A DNA stretch of 64,000 bases from Alphaproteobacteria bacterium (GCA_030740435.1 JASLXG010000048.1:7701-71700); one strand, 5' to 3'. Shown: positions 46,985-60,898, numbered from the stretch's first letter. The notes: generated from the sequence alone by a model not told the origin. Made by a program: numbers and translations.

Positions 46985-48372
46985 ATGATCAGCATGGACC
47001 ATCTCAAGCAACAAAAGATCGCCCTTTTCGGCCTCGGCCAGAGCGGCCTGTCGGCGGCCCGGGCGCTGCTGGCCGGCGGCGCCGAGGTGAGGGCCTGGGA
47101 CGACGCCGCCGGGCGCCGCGACGAGGCCGCCGCCAGCGGCGTGCCGCTGGCCGATCCCGAAGACCTGGACTGGTCCGAAATCCGGCTGCTGGTGCTCAGT
47201 CCCGGCGTGCCGCTGAGCCATCCCCAGCCGCACCCGGTGGTGGCGCGGGCCAGGGCGGCGGGCTGCGAAGTCATCGGCGACGTCGAGCTCTTTGTGCGGC
47301 GCGGCCTGCCGGCCCGGGTTGCCGCCATCACCGGTACCAACGGCAAATCCACGACCACGGCGCTGTGTGGTTTTCTGCTCGAGGCCTGCGGCCAACGCGT
47401 CGCCGTCGGCGGCAACATCGGCACACCGGTGCTTGATCTGCCCGAGTTGGACGCCGGCGGCACCTATGTGCTCGAGATGTCGTCATACCAGATCGACCTG
47501 GCGCCCTCGCTGGCCGCCGACGTGGCGGTACTGCTGAACCTCAGCCCCGATCATCTCGAACGCCACGGCGGCTGGCCGGGCTACGTCGCCGCCAAGCAGC
47601 GCCTGTTCGAGCAGCAGCGCCCGGGCCAGACCGCCATCGTCGGCATCGACGACAGCGAAAGCGCCGGCCTTTTCGAACGCCTCAACGGGCTGGGCGACCG
47701 TACCGTGGTGCCCATCTCGGTGCAGGGCGCGGCAGCGGCACGGCACAACGGCGTCTCGGTCGAGGCCGCCCAACTTCACGAAGCCGGCAGCACGGCAAGC
47801 GCCGATCTCGGCGCCGCCCGCGCCCTCAAAGGAATTCACAATTGGCAGAACGCGGCGGCCGCCTTTGCCGCCGTGCGTGCCCTGGGTTGCCCCGGGCCGG
47901 ACGCCGCCAGATCACTGCTCGAGTTTCCCGGACTTGCACATCGCATGGAAGACTTGGGAGTGATCGGCGGCGTCCGGTTTATCAACGATTCGAAGGCCAC
48001 CAACGCCGAAGCCGCGGCCCGCGCCCTGGCCTGCTTCGAGCACATCCACTGGATCGCCGGCGGCCGGCCCAAGGCCGGCGGCTTTGCCGCGCTGGAGCCC
48101 TACATCGAGCGCCTGGAGGGGGCCTATCTGATCGGCGAGGCGGCCGAGGAGTTGGCCAACTGGCTCGACGGCCGGGTCCCCGCCCGGCGCTGCGCCGACC
48201 TGGCCAGCGCCGTCGATTCCGCCCGTTCTGTGGCCCGTTCTGTGGCCCGCTCGGCGGCCTCCGGCGCCACCGTGCTGCTGTCGCCGGCCTGCGCCTCTTT
48301 CGACCAATTCGCCAACTTCGAGGCCCGCGGCGAGGCTTTTCGCGAGCTGGTGACGGCGGCGGAGGCGGCGCC

Positions 48373-48376
<4 letters not shown>
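46985..48376 (+). CDS. murD: UDP-N-acetylmuramoylalanine--D-glutamate ligase
   Basis: IALFGLGQSG Rossmann-like N-terminus, ITGTNGKSTT P-loop. Contains an in-frame 12-bp tandem duplication at 48221-48244 (ARSVARSV). Confidence 0.9.
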
Positions 48377-49493
<1,117 letters not shown>

Positions 49494-49494
<1 letters not shown>

Positions 49495-50680
49495 TGGCCG
49501 GCCGCGTCATCCTGGCGGCCGGCGGCACCGGCGGTCACCTCTTTCCGGCCGAGGCTCTGGCCGAGGAGTTGCTGGCGCGGGGCCACCAGCCGGTGCTGCT
49601 GACCGACAGCCGCGGCGCCGATCTGGGCACCGTCCTGGGCAACATCGAACGCCACACCGTGCGCGCCGGCACCGTCACCGGCCGCTCCATCGGCGGCCGC
49701 ATCCGGGGCATGGCGGAGATCGCCGCCGGCACCCTGCAGGCCGGCCGGCTGCTGGGCCGCCTCACGCCATTGGCCGTGGTCGGCTTCGGCGGCTATCCCT
49801 CGCTGCCCACCATGCTGGCGGCGACGCGGGCCGGTCTGGCCACGGTGATCCACGAACAGAACGCCGTGCTGGGCCGGGTCAACCGGTTGTTGGCCGGCCG
49901 CGTCACGGCCATCGCGCTGTCGTTCACTGAAACCGCCCGGCTGCGCCCAGGCGACGCCGCCAAGGTCTCGCTGATCGGCAATCCAGTGCGCCAGGCGGTT
50001 CAGGCGGTGCGCCACATCGCCTACCTGGCACCGCCACCCGAAGCCGCCATCAACCTCTTGGTGCTGGGCGGCAGCCAGGGCGCCCAGGTCCTGGCCGACG
50101 TGGTGCCGGCGGCGCTGGGCCTGCTGCCCGAGGCGCTGCGCCGCCGCATCCGCTTGACCCAGCAGTGCCGCCCCGAGGACCTGGAACGGGTGCGCGAGGC
50201 CTGCGCGCAGATGGCCATCGCCGCCGACCTGGCGAGCTTTTTCGCCGACCTGCCGGCGCGGCTGGCGGCCACCCACCTGGCCATCACTCGGGCCGGCGCC
50301 TCGACGGTCAGCGAATTGGCGGTAGCCGGTCGGCCGGCGCTCCTGGTGCCGCTGCCCTCGGCCACCGACGACCACCAGACGGCCAATGCCCGGTTGCTGG
50401 AAGCGGCCGGCGGCGGCTGGCTGGTGCCGCAGCCGCGCTTCCAGCCCCAGCCCTTGTGCGAAACCATCGCGGCCCTGACCGGCGACCCCCACTTCCTGGC
50501 CAGCACGGCCGAAAAGGCGCGCCAGATGGGACGGCCCGAGGCGGCCCACGACCTGGCCTCGCTGGTCGAGAGCCTGGCCAACGAGAGCCAGAGCCGGCAT
50601 AACGCCGGCGCGCCAAGCAGCCAAGGCGCGGCGCCGCGGGCGGCAGTCGAACCCGAGGTCGAGCGGCGCGAGGTGGCGGC

Positions 50681-50684
<4 letters not shown>
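49494..50684 (+). CDS. murG: UDP-N-acetylglucosamine--N-acetylmuramyl-(pentapeptide) pyrophosphoryl-undecaprenol N-acetylglucosamine transferase
   Basis: [15 protein letters not shown]-terminal motif. GT28 family. TGATG overlap with ftsW. Confidence 0.9.
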
Positions 50685-52107
<1,423 letters not shown>

Positions 52108-52111
<4 letters not shown>

Positions 52112-53052
52112 TGATGGCCGCCGAAGCCCAGCCTCCCAGCCTGATCGAGCAACTGCCACCGGTGCGCGGCCGACTGAGCGAGAACGTCGCGCTCTCCGGC
52201 ATCACCTGGTTCCGGGTGGGCGGTCCGGCCGAGGTCATGTTCCGCCCCGCCGACTGCGACGACCTGGCGGATTTCCTGCGCCAGCGCCCGCCCGAGGTGC
52301 CGCTGACGGTGATCGGCGTGGGCTCGAACCTGTTGGTGCGCGACGGCGGTGTGCCGGGCCTGGTCCTTCGCCTGGGCCGTGGCTTCGCCCGCATCACCTG
52401 CCGCCAACAACGGATCCGCGTGGGCGCCGCGGCGCTGGACGCCAACGTCGCGCTAACGGCCAAGCTGGCCGGCCTTTCCGGGCTCGAATTCCTCAGCGGC
52501 ATTCCCGGCACCATCGGCGGCGCGCTGCGCATGAACGCCGGCGCCTATGGCCGTGAAATCAAGGACGTGCTGGTCGAGGCCGAGGCCATCGACCCGCAGG
52601 GCCAGGCACATCTGCTGAGCCCGGCCGACCTCGACTTCGGCTACCGCCGATCGGGCCTGCCCGAGGACTGGATCGTTACCGCCGCCGTGCTGGCCGGCGA
52701 GCCGGCCGAGCCGGAAACCGTGGCTCACCGCATGGCCGCCATTCGCCAAGCCCGCGAGGCCAGCCAGCCGGTGCGCAGCCGCACCGGCGGCTCGACCTTC
52801 CGCAACCCCCAAGGCGCCCAGGGCCCCAAGGCCTGGGAGCTCATCGATCAGGCCGGCTGCCGGGGCTTGAGGCGCGGCGGCGCCATGGTTTCGGAACAGC
52901 ACTGCAACTTCCTCATCAACACCGGCCGTGCCACCGCCGCCGATCTCGAATCCCTGGGCGAGGAGGTGCGCCGGCGCGTCGCCGCCGAGACCGGCATCGA
53001 GCTGCACTGGGAGATCCGCCGCATCGGCCGCCACCGGGAGCTGCCGACTTGA
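52108..53052 (+). CDS. murB: UDP-N-acetylenolpyruvoylglucosamine reductase
   Basis: FAD-binding PCMH domain ([10 protein letters not shown]...) and MurB C-terminal domain (GGSTFRNP). Confidence 0.9.
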
Positions 53053-53963
53053 GCCGCCACGTCGCCATACTGATGGGCGGCTGGTCCGCCGAACGCGAGG
53101 TCTCGCTGGTCTCGGGCGCCGCCGTGGCCGAGGCGCTGGTCGAGCTCGGCCACCGCGTCAGCCCGATCGACGTCGACCGCAACGCCGGACGCGAGATCAC
53201 GGAGCTGGGGCCCGACGTGGTCTTCAATGCGCTGCATGGCCGCTACGGCGAGGACGGCTGCTTCCAGGGACTGCTGGAGGTGCTGGGCATTCCCTACACC
53301 CACTCCGGCGTGCTGGCCTCGGCCCTGGCCATGGACAAGCCCATGGCCAAGACGCTGTTCGCCCGCGAGGGGCTGCGCTGCGCCGAGGGCCGGGTGGTGC
53401 ACCGCGACGAGGTGCTGGCCGACGAGGTCATGGAGGCGCCCTACGTCATCAAGCCCCTCAACGAGGGCTCCAGCGTCGGCGTCAAGATCGTGCTGGAGGG
53501 CGACAATTGCGAGCCCCAGGCGGACGAGCCCTGGAACTTCGGCGATCAGGTACTTGTGGAACGCTACATCCCGGGCCGCGAGATCCACGTGGCGGTGATG
53601 GGCGATGCCGCCGTGGGGGCCGTCGAAATCCGCCCCAAGGGCCGCTTCTACGACTACCAGGCCAAATACACCGAGGGCTTCGCCGAGCACCTGATGCCGG
53701 CCCCCATGGCGCCCGAGCGCTACCGCGAAAGCCTCGACATCGCGCTGCGGGCCCACGTCGCGCTGGGCTGTCGCGGGGTCAGCCGGGCCGATCTGCGCTT
53801 CGACGAGGAAAGCGCCGAGGAGGGCGGTTTTTATCTGCTCGAAATCAACACCCAACCGGGCCTGACGCCACTCTCGCTGGTGCCCGAAATAGCCGCCCAT
53901 TCCGGCATCGGCTTCGTCGAGCTGGTGGAATGGATGCTGGAGGACGCCGGATGCCAGCGTTGA
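53049..53963 (+). CDS. ddl: D-alanine--D-alanine ligase
   Basis: TTG start overlapping murB stop. ATP-grasp motifs (HGRYGEDG, YVIKPLNEGSSVG, EINTQPG). Confidence 0.9.
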   Translation: MSRHVAILMGGWSAEREVSLVSGAAVAEALVELGHRVSPIDVDRNAGREITELGPDVVFNALHGRYGEDGCFQGLLEVLGIPYTHSGVLASALAMDKPMAKTLFAREGLRCAEGRVVHRDEVLADEVMEAPYVIKPLNEGSSVGVKIVLEGDNCEPQADEPWNFGDQVLVERYIPGREIHVAVMGDAAVGAVEIRPKGRFYDYQAKYTEGFAEHLMPAPMAPERYRESLDIALRAHVALGCRGVSRADLRFDEESAEEGGFYLLEINTQPGLTPLSLVPEIAAHSGIGFVELVEWMLEDAGCQR

Positions 53964-54841
53964 TGCGCCATAGCATGCCCCGCGACTTGGGGCGCTTGAA
54001 AAGCAAGTCCCGGCCCGCCAACCGCAATCGGGGAGGCCGACAGGGCCGCCGCCAGGGCCTCAACCGCCGCCTGCTGGGCAGCGCTCTGGCGCTCAGCGCC
54101 GCCGCGCTGCTGGCCCTGGCGGGTTACTGGCTGGTGCGCCACGACTATCCCGGCCGCGCCGTGGCCTGGAACGAAGAGCAATTCGACAAGGCCATAGAGG
54201 GCGCCGGCCTGAGCATCGTCGACGTCGTCGTCCAGGGTCGCCACGAGACCAGCCGGCGCGACCTGGCTCGCGCCCTGGCCGCCCCCAAGGGCGGCTCGAT
54301 CATCGCCTTCGACAACAAAGCCGCCCAGCGCCGCATCGAGGCCCTGGGCTGGGTAGCCCGGGCCGCGGTGGCACGGCGGCTGCCCCACACCATCGCCGTA
54401 ACCCTCGTCGAGCGCCGGCCCTTCGCCATCTGGCGGCGCGGCCGGCGGCATTCGCTGATCGACCGCGAGGGCGTCGTCATCGGCGACCGCATCGCCAAGC
54501 GCTACGCCGACCTGCTGGTATTGGAGGGGCGCCAGGCGCCGGCCCAGGCGGGCGCGTTGGTCGACTTGCTGGCGCGTCAGCCGGCGCTCTATGCCCGCGT
54601 TGTCGCGGCCCGCCGCCAGGGCGGCCGGCGCTGGGACGTGCGCTTGCAGAACGGCGTCTGGGTGCGACTGCCCGAGGACGACGGCGCCCAGGCCTGGGCT
54701 CGCCTGGCGGTACTGGAGCACGAGCACCGCATTCTTTCGCGGCAGTTACAGGTCATCGACCTGCGCCTGCCGGACCGTCTGATCGTGCGCCTGACGCCCG
54801 GGGCGGCAGCGCGGCGACGCCATCCCGGCAAGAGCACCTGA
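53951..54841 (+). CDS. ftsQ: cell division protein FtsQ
   Basis: N-terminal basic cytoplasmic tail, one TM segment (LALSAAALLALAGYWLV), POTRA-like and FtsQ beta domains. Start ambiguous among ATGs at 53951, 53963 and 53975. Confidence 0.8.
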   Translation: MPALMRHSMPRDLGRLKSKSRPANRNRGGRQGRRQGLNRRLLGSALALSAAALLALAGYWLVRHDYPGRAVAWNEEQFDKAIEGAGLSIVDVVVQGRHETSRRDLARALAAPKGGSIIAFDNKAAQRRIEALGWVARAAVARRLPHTIAVTLVERRPFAIWRRGRRHSLIDREGVVIGDRIAKRYADLLVLEGRQAPAQAGALVDLLARQPALYARVVAARRQGGRRWDVRLQNGVWVRLPEDDGAQAWARLAVLEHEHRILSRQLQVIDLRLPDRLIVRLTPGAAARRRHPGKST

Positions 54842-54847
54842 AGGAGG

Positions 54848-56110
54848 ATGGGCAGCGTGAACGGCATCAACAAACGCGGCACCGCACGTAGCGGAACAAT
54901 GGCCGCCCTCGACATCGGCAGCCGCAAGGTCTGCTGCTTTATCGCCCACATCGACGCCGCCGGCAGCAGCCGTGTGGTCGGCATCGGCCACCAGATCTCG
55001 GAGGGCCTGCGGGGCGGCGCCGTGGTCGATCTGGAAGCCACGGTGGCAGCGATCACCGCCGCCGTGGCGGCGGCCGAGCGCATGGCCGAGGTCAATGTCA
55101 AGCGGGTGCTGGTGAGTTTCTCCTGTGGCGACCCGGCTTCGCACACGGTCGGCGTCGAGGTGCCCGTCTCGGGCCACGAGATCAGCGACGCCGACCTGCG
55201 CCGGGTGCTGGCCCAGGGTCGGCCGCGAGCCGAAAACGGCGAACGCGAGGTGGCCCATGCCGTGCCCGTGGGCTTTCGCGTCGACGGCGCCAGCGGTGTG
55301 CGCGATCCGCGCGGCATGTTCGGCTCTCGTCTGGGTGTCGACATTCACGTCGTGACCGCCGGCGTCGGCGCCATGCGCAACCTCAGAATCTGTCTCGAAC
55401 GGGCCCATCTCGACGTCGAGGAAACGCTGATTTCGAGCTACGCCTCGGGACTTTCCGTGCTCGACGAGGACGAGTTGAACCTGGGCGTCACGGTCATCGA
55501 CATGGGTGGCGGCACCACCTCGATCGCCGTGTTCTACGAGGGCGATCTGCATTTCGCCGACGTGGTCACGCTGGGTGGCCAGCACGTCACCAACGATATC
55601 GCTCGCGGCCTGGCCACTCCGGTGGCCCATGCCGAGCGCATGAAGACACTGTATGGCACGGCCACCGCCAGCCCCGCCGACGAGAGCGCCATGATCGACG
55701 TTCCCAGGGTCGGCGAAACCGAACAGGCCGAGCCCAACCACGTGCCGCGTTCGGTGCTGAGCTCCATCATCCAGCCCCGCGCCGAGGAGATCCTCGAGTT
55801 CGTGCGCGAGCGCCTCGAGCTCTCGGGCTACGCCCGCACGGCCGGCCGCCGGGTGGTGCTGACCGGCGGCGCCAGCCAGCTCACCGGCATGCGCGAATTG
55901 GCCGCCCGGGTGCTCGACAAACAGGTCCGCATGGGCCGGCCGGTGCATATCCAGGGACTGGCCGAAGCCACTGGCGGTCCCGCTTTCGCCACCTGCGCCG
56001 GTCTTTTGTGCCACGCCGCCCAGGGCCGCAGCGCGCTCCTCGAGGCCGCCGAGACGGCGCCCCGGCAGGGTCTGGCGCGCGTCGGCCATTGGCTGCGCGA
56101 GAATTTTTGA
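54848..56110 (+). CDS. ftsA: cell division protein FtsA
   Basis: Actin-fold ATPase (ALDIGSRKVCC, DMGGGTTSIAVF). C-terminal amphipathic membrane-targeting region. Confidence 0.9.
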   Translation: MGSVNGINKRGTARSGTMAALDIGSRKVCCFIAHIDAAGSSRVVGIGHQISEGLRGGAVVDLEATVAAITAAVAAAERMAEVNVKRVLVSFSCGDPASHTVGVEVPVSGHEISDADLRRVLAQGRPRAENGEREVAHAVPVGFRVDGASGVRDPRGMFGSRLGVDIHVVTAGVGAMRNLRICLERAHLDVEETLISSYASGLSVLDEDELNLGVTVIDMGGGTTSIAVFYEGDLHFADVVTLGGQHVTNDIARGLATPVAHAERMKTLYGTATASPADESAMIDVPRVGETEQAEPNHVPRSVLSSIIQPRAEEILEFVRERLELSGYARTAGRRVVLTGGASQLTGMRELAARVLDKQVRMGRPVHIQGLAEATGGPAFATCAGLLCHAAQGRSALLEAAETAPRQGLARVGHWLRENF

Positions 56111-56231
56111 GGAGCCCGGAATGGGCCACGGGGGAGGAAAGTGAAGTGAACAAGAAAAGGGCCGCAAAACCGACGGGCCACGACTGCAATCCCGGGGAAT
56201 GGGGAATTCCCCGTCATAACTGGAGGTAGCT

Positions 56232-57923
56232 ATGCCGATCAATCTAACTATGCCGGAACCCACCGAGCTAAAACCGAGGATCACCGTCATCGGTGTCGGC
56301 GGCGCCGGGGGCAACGCCGTCAACAACATGATCAACGCCCAACTCGAGGGCGTCGAATTCATCGTCGCCAACACCGACGCCCAAGCGTTGGCCCAGACCT
56401 TGACCGAGCGCCGTATCCAGCTCGGCACCAACGTCACCTACGGCTTGGGCGCCGGCGCCAATCCCGAGGTCGGCCGCGATGCCGCCCTTGAGGCGCTGGA
56501 CCAGATCATGGACCATCTGGAAGGCAGCCACATGGCCTTCATCACCGCCGGCATGGGCGGCGGCACTGGCACCGGGGCGGCGGCCGTGATGGCCCAGGCG
56601 GCCCGCGAGGCCGGCATCCTGGCCGTCGGCGTGGTGACCAAGCCCTTTCATTTCGAAGGCGCCCGGCGCATGGCCATGGCCGAGGCCGGTATCGAGGAGC
56701 TCAAGCGCTACGTCGATACCCTGATCGTCATTCCCAACCAGAACCTGTTCCGTGTGGCCAACGAGAAGACGACCTACGCCGAGGCCTTCAAGATGGCCGA
56801 CGACGTGCTTTATTCCGGCGTCCGCGGGGTCACCGACCTGATGATCATGCCTGGCCTGATCAACCTCGATTTCGCCGATGTGCGTGCGGTGATGGGCGAG
56901 ATGGGCAAGGCCATGATGGGCACCGGCGAGGCGGAAGGCGAGAAACGGGCGCTGGAGGCCTCCGAGGCGGCGATTTCCAACCCGCTCTTGGACGATGTTT
57001 CCATGCAGGGCGCGACCGGGGTCTTGATCAACATCACCGGCGGCATGGACATGACGCTGTTTGAAGTCGACGAAGCCGCCAACCGGGTGCGCGACGAGGT
57101 GCATGCCGAGGCCAACATCATCTTCGGCTCGACCTTCGACCAGAACCTCGAAGGCCGCATGCGGGTGAGCATCGTCGCCACCGGCATCGATTCCGAGACT
57201 GGCCAGCAGCCCTTGCCCGTTCCCGGCCTGCGCCTGCAGGTGGTCGGCGGGGCCCAGACCGAGAGCGCCACGGAGGCAGGCTCGGAAGCGGAAACCGACG
57301 ACGTCGAAGCCGATGCCGGTCCGGCCCAGGTCCGGCAACTGGCCGAAGCCCGCACGCCGGCCGTGGCGCTACGCTCGAAGGCGCCGATCGGTCCGGTTCC
57401 GGCCCCGGCCCCGGCCCCGGCAGCGGCAGTCGAAATCACGCCGGCAACAGCCGAGGCAGCGAGCGAAACCGTGACTTCGGCCGCGGTCGAGAGTCAGCCC
57501 GGCCAGCCCGCGGTAGCGGCCAAGGAGACGTTCATCCCACCGCCGCCGGTCGAGCCCCTGCTCAAGAGCCAACCTCTGCGGGCCCCCGAGCCCTTCGCCA
57601 CGGCGGCACTCGACAACGCTGCCAAGCCGCAGAAGAAGCATCTTCGCGGGCCCAGCCTGCTGGAGCGCATGACCGGCACCGGGCGGGCGCGCCAGGCGAC
57701 GGAGGAGGACAAAAAGCCCGAACCCGCCGTAGCGCCGGCGGCCAAGGCAGTCGGCCGGGTGCCCGAAGAGCGGCCCCAGCCGGCTCCGGCCCCAACGCCG
57801 GCCAAAACGGTCGAGGCCACAGCGCAAGTGGCGGAGTCCCCGGCAGCCAGCACCTTGAGCCCGCTACCCAATGACGACGACCTGCTTGACATCCCGGCCT
57901 TCCTGCGTCGTCAGGCCAACTGA
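56232..57923 (+). CDS. ftsZ: cell division GTPase FtsZ with long Pro/Ala/Glu-rich C-terminal linker and conserved C-terminal peptide
   Basis: GGGTGTG tubulin signature, NTDAQAL, T7 loop. About 230-aa disordered linker. Terminal [14 protein letters not shown] peptide. Confidence 0.95.
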   Translation: MPINLTMPEPTELKPRITVIGVGGAGGNAVNNMINAQLEGVEFIVANTDAQALAQTLTERRIQLGTNVTYGLGAGANPEVGRDAALEALDQIMDHLEGSHMAFITAGMGGGTGTGAAAVMAQAAREAGILAVGVVTKPFHFEGARRMAMAEAGIEELKRYVDTLIVIPNQNLFRVANEKTTYAEAFKMADDVLYSGVRGVTDLMIMPGLINLDFADVRAVMGEMGKAMMGTGEAEGEKRALEASEAAISNPLLDDVSMQGATGVLINITGGMDMTLFEVDEAANRVRDEVHAEANIIFGSTFDQNLEGRMRVSIVATGIDSETGQQPLPVPGLRLQVVGGAQTESATEAGSEAETDDVEADAGPAQVRQLAEARTPAVALRSKAPIGPVPAPAPAPAAAVEITPATAEAASETVTSAAVESQPGQPAVAAKETFIPPPPVEPLLKSQPLRAPEPFATAALDNAAKPQKKHLRGPSLLERMTGTGRARQATEEDKKPEPAVAPAAKAVGRVPEERPQPAPAPTPAKTVEATAQVAESPAASTLSPLPNDDDLLDIPAFLRRQAN

Positions 57924-58243
57924 GGCGGCTTCGGCATCAGCCCCCGGGAGACGGTGGCGGAATTCCCCCCGAACGGATTTCGTTCGGCCGCCTGCCGTCG
58001 CCCCGCGGGTGCCCCTGGAGGTTCAGAGAAGTCTAGCGAAATCCCTGGCGGAATATCCGGCGGATAGCCCGTAACAAACTGCAATAACAAGTGATTTGAG
58101 ACCTTCGGGGGATGTTGTTAGAATCGCCGAAGTGCTTGTTCCACTGGTCATTTTCCGCGATCTGGAGGATGGCTGGAAAGCCGCGGGGGCGGCTACTCTG
58201 GAGGGTTGGTTCCATCGCATTCGATCTTCAAGCGTCGCCCGGC

Positions 58244-59182
58244 GTGCGTCAACAAACACTGAGAAATCCCATCAGTTGCACCGGCATCGGACTCCATAGC
58301 GGCGTTCGCGTGGCCATGACGCTACGACCGGCCGAGGCCGGCAGCGGCATCGTCTTCCGCCGCCTCGACCGCCCGGCCCCGGTGGCCGATGTGGCGGCGC
58401 GCTGGGACGGCGTCTCGGACACCACGCTCGGCACCACCATCGGCAACGACGAGGGCACCAGCGTAGCCACGGTAGAACACCTGATGGCGGCTTTATACGG
58501 CTGTGGCGTCGACAACGCCATCGTCGAGCTTGACGGCGGCGAAGTTCCCATCATGGACGGCTCCGCCGCACCTTTCGTTTTCCTCATCGAGTGCGCCGGC
58601 CTGATCGAGCAGATCCCCGAGCGCAGCAGCATTTGCGTGCTCAAGACGGTGGAGGTCGAGGACGACGATCGCTACGCATGCCTCAGCCCCTACGACGGCT
58701 TCATGCTTGAGGTCGAGATCGATTTCGACAACCCCTTGATCGCGCACCAGAGCTGGCAATTCGATGCCGCCCTGGGCACCTTCAAGGACCAGTTGTGCCG
58801 CGCCCGCACCTTTGGCTTCCTTGACGACGTCGAGGCGCTGAGGGCCCGCGGCCTGGCCCGCGGCGGCTCGCTGGAAAACGCCATCGTGGTCGGCAGCGAA
58901 GGCGTCATTAATCAGGATGGACTGCGCTACGGCAATGAATTCGTGCGCCACAAGGCCCTCGATGCGGTCGGCGACCTTTATCTCGCCGGCGCCCCGCTCT
59001 TGGGCCGCTATCACAGTCAGCGCGGCGGCCACAGCCTCAACAACCGGCTGCTGGCGGCTTTGTTCGCCGATGCCGAGGCCTGGTGCCGGGTGACGGCGGG
59101 TGGTGCCCTGGCGGCCGCCCCCGCCCTGGCCCCGGACGAAGCTCCCGCCTGGCAGCCGGCCACCGCCGCCGCTATCGCCTGA
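58244..59182 (+). CDS. lpxC: UDP-3-O-acyl-N-acetylglucosamine deacetylase
   Basis: Start set at the GTG of VRQQTLRNPISCTGIGLHSG by N-terminal alignment logic. HKALDAVGDLYLAG and other LpxC blocks present. The track ORF begins at 58112. Confidence 0.85.
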   Translation: MRQQTLRNPISCTGIGLHSGVRVAMTLRPAEAGSGIVFRRLDRPAPVADVAARWDGVSDTTLGTTIGNDEGTSVATVEHLMAALYGCGVDNAIVELDGGEVPIMDGSAAPFVFLIECAGLIEQIPERSSICVLKTVEVEDDDRYACLSPYDGFMLEVEIDFDNPLIAHQSWQFDAALGTFKDQLCRARTFGFLDDVEALRARGLARGGSLENAIVVGSEGVINQDGLRYGNEFVRHKALDAVGDLYLAGAPLLGRYHSQRGGHSLNNRLLAALFADAEAWCRVTAGGALAAAPALAPDEAPAWQPATAAAIA

Positions 59183-59253
59183 AGGTATCTTTTGAGCTTG
59201 CCGGGCCGGCAACGGCACTTGCAATAATTTCGCCCGTGATATACTCCGCCGCG

Positions 59254-59283
59254 CTTGGCCCGAGCTTGGCCCGAGCTTGGCGG
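59254..59283. repeat. 11-bp tandem repeat (cttggcccgag x2 plus a partial third) in the lpxC-bamD spacer, adjacent to a TGATATACT -10-like element
   Basis: Seen directly. Confidence 0.6.
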
Positions 59284-59295
59284 ACGGATGAGGGT

Positions 59296-60150
59296 ATGAC
59301 GGTTTTGCAGCGATCGATGGCGTTTTGGCGCGGCCGACACAAGGCGGCATGGGCGGCACGGGCGGCACTCTTGCTGACGCTGGGTCTGGTGGTGGCCTGC
59401 TCGTCGGACGACGAACGCGAATACGTCGAGCGTCCGGTCGAGGATATCTACAACGAAGCCCACGCCACCATGCTGGCCAACGACTATTTCGAAGCGGCCG
59501 AGCTGTTTGACGAGGTCGAGCGCCAGCACCCCTACTCCACCTGGGCCACCAAGGCCCAGCTCATGGCGGCCTATTCCTATTACAAGATCAACGAGTACGA
59601 CCAGGCCATCCTGGCCGCCGACCGCTTCCTGCAGCTCCACCCCGGCAACGAAAGCGCGCCCTACGCCTTTTATCTGATTGCGGTCAGCTACTACGAGCAG
59701 ATCGCCGACGTCGGCCGCGACCAGAATGTCACGAAAATGGCCCTGGGATCCTTGCAGGAGTTGGTGCGGCGCTACCCGGCCAGCGAATACGCCCGCGACG
59801 CCCGCCTCAAGATCGACCTGGCCCGCGACCACCTGGCCGGCAAGGAGATGGAAATCGGCCGGTTCTATTTGCGCCGCGGCACGCCGATCGCCGCCATCAA
59901 CCGCTTCCGCGTGGTCATCGAGGACTTCCAAACCACGAGCCACGCGGCCGAGGCGCTGCATCGGCTGACCGAGGCCTACCTGCAACTCGGGGTGACGAAG
60001 GAGGCACAGACGGCGGCCGCCGTGCTGGGCCACAATTTCCCCGGCAGCCCCTGGTACCAGGACAGCTACCTGCTGCTGACCGGCGTCGACCTGAGGCCAC
60101 AGGGCGATCCCGAATCGTGGATCACCAAGACCTGGAAAAAGGTATTCTGA
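59296..60150 (+). CDS. bamD: outer membrane protein assembly factor BamD (lipoprotein, TPR-like)
   Basis: Start trimmed to MTVLQRS. Lipobox LVVACSS. TPR-like repeats. Conserved position after lpxC in alphaproteobacterial dcw clusters. Confidence 0.8.
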   Translation: MTVLQRSMAFWRGRHKAAWAARAALLLTLGLVVACSSDDEREYVERPVEDIYNEAHATMLANDYFEAAELFDEVERQHPYSTWATKAQLMAAYSYYKINEYDQAILAADRFLQLHPGNESAPYAFYLIAVSYYEQIADVGRDQNVTKMALGSLQELVRRYPASEYARDARLKIDLARDHLAGKEMEIGRFYLRRGTPIAAINRFRVVIEDFQTTSHAAEALHRLTEAYLQLGVTKEAQTAAAVLGHNFPGSPWYQDSYLLLTGVDLRPQGDPESWITKTWKKVF

Positions 60151-60159
60151 GGGGCAGGG

Positions 60160-60645
60160 TCAGGCGTTCTTTTGCAGGGCAAGGCGTCGATTGCGGGGGA
60201 CAAATCGTGCCGCAACGAGATTGGCATCCGCCTCAAAGCTGTCGCAGGCTAATTTTACGGCAGTGGGGACAAGGTTACGGCGGTGATAGTTCTTGACGGT
60301 CGCCAACGATACGCCAAGCAAGTCCGCGGCTTCACTGTTCGAGAGGCCAAGTATCTTCTGCCAGGCCTTGAATTGGCTTCCCGTCATGTCCTCTTGAGCG
60401 CGCCCCAGCCGAAGAAGGGCGCCGGCCGAATAGTCAAGGCCGTTGTCCCACTCGATGCCGATGCCGTTATGGACCAAGTGGAAGAATTCAAATAGTTCGG
60501 GCTGATCAAGAAAGATCCGAAAATGCCTCGATCGGGCGCAGAGGCCCGCGAGGTTTGCGTACACCTCTTGACCGTCAGCGAATTCAGCATGGAATGATAG
60601 CGGGCCGCCCAGTTCCAGTTTCGTGATGCGTTCCACTTCACTCAT
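60160..60645 (-). CDS. DUF2442 domain protein fused to a C-terminal XRE-like HTH
   Basis: Start trimmed to MSEVERIT. DUF2442 signature (LSFHAEFADGQEV...NGIGIEWDNGLDYSAGALL) followed by QFKAWQKILGLSNSEAADLLGVSLATVKNYHRR. Confidence 0.6.
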   Translation of the reverse strand: MSEVERITKLELGGPLSFHAEFADGQEVYANLAGLCARSRHFRIFLDQPELFEFFHLVHNGIGIEWDNGLDYSAGALLRLGRAQEDMTGSQFKAWQKILGLSNSEAADLLGVSLATVKNYHRRNLVPTAVKLACDSFEADANLVAARFVPRNRRLALQKNA

Positions 60646-60868
60646 GGAATTCTTCCCACTTGGCGAAAAGGAAATCCTGGTTGTCGAAGATCCAGGCGCG
60701 GGCCCGGCGTTCGGCCCTAGGCGACACCGAGCCGGCAAACACGGTGCCGTCACTGATGGCCAACTTTGCGGCGTTCCCGCCAGCAATGACGTGAACGTGC
60801 GGCGGGTTGTGGTCGTTGAAGTACATACGGACCTGAATCCCGTCAATTTCGATCAGCGTGGGCATCAA
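60638..60868 (-). CDS. DUF4160 domain protein
   Basis: MMPTLIEIDGIQVRMYFNDHNPPHVHV matches the DUF4160 consensus. Overlaps the DUF2442 gene by 8 bp. Confidence 0.6.
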   Translation of the reverse strand: MMPTLIEIDGIQVRMYFNDHNPPHVHVIAGGNAAKLAISDGTVFAGSVSPRAERRARAWIFDNQDFLFAKWEEFHE

Positions 60869-60879
60869 TGAATAAAATA

Positions 60880-60898
60880 TAGGCTAATATTTAGCCTA
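60880..60898. promoter_or_regulatory. inverted repeat TAGGCTAA-tat-TTAGCCTA in an AT-rich stretch immediately upstream of the DUF4160 gene
   Basis: Seen directly. 12-30 bp upstream of the DUF4160 start codon. Confidence 0.4.

Noticed and set aside
57924-58243. Possible terminator hairpin CCGAACGgatttCGTTCGG after ftsZ
   Set aside because: The stem is short with no following U-tract. It is more likely incidental structure in the ftsZ-lpxC spacer, which probably holds the lpxC promoter.
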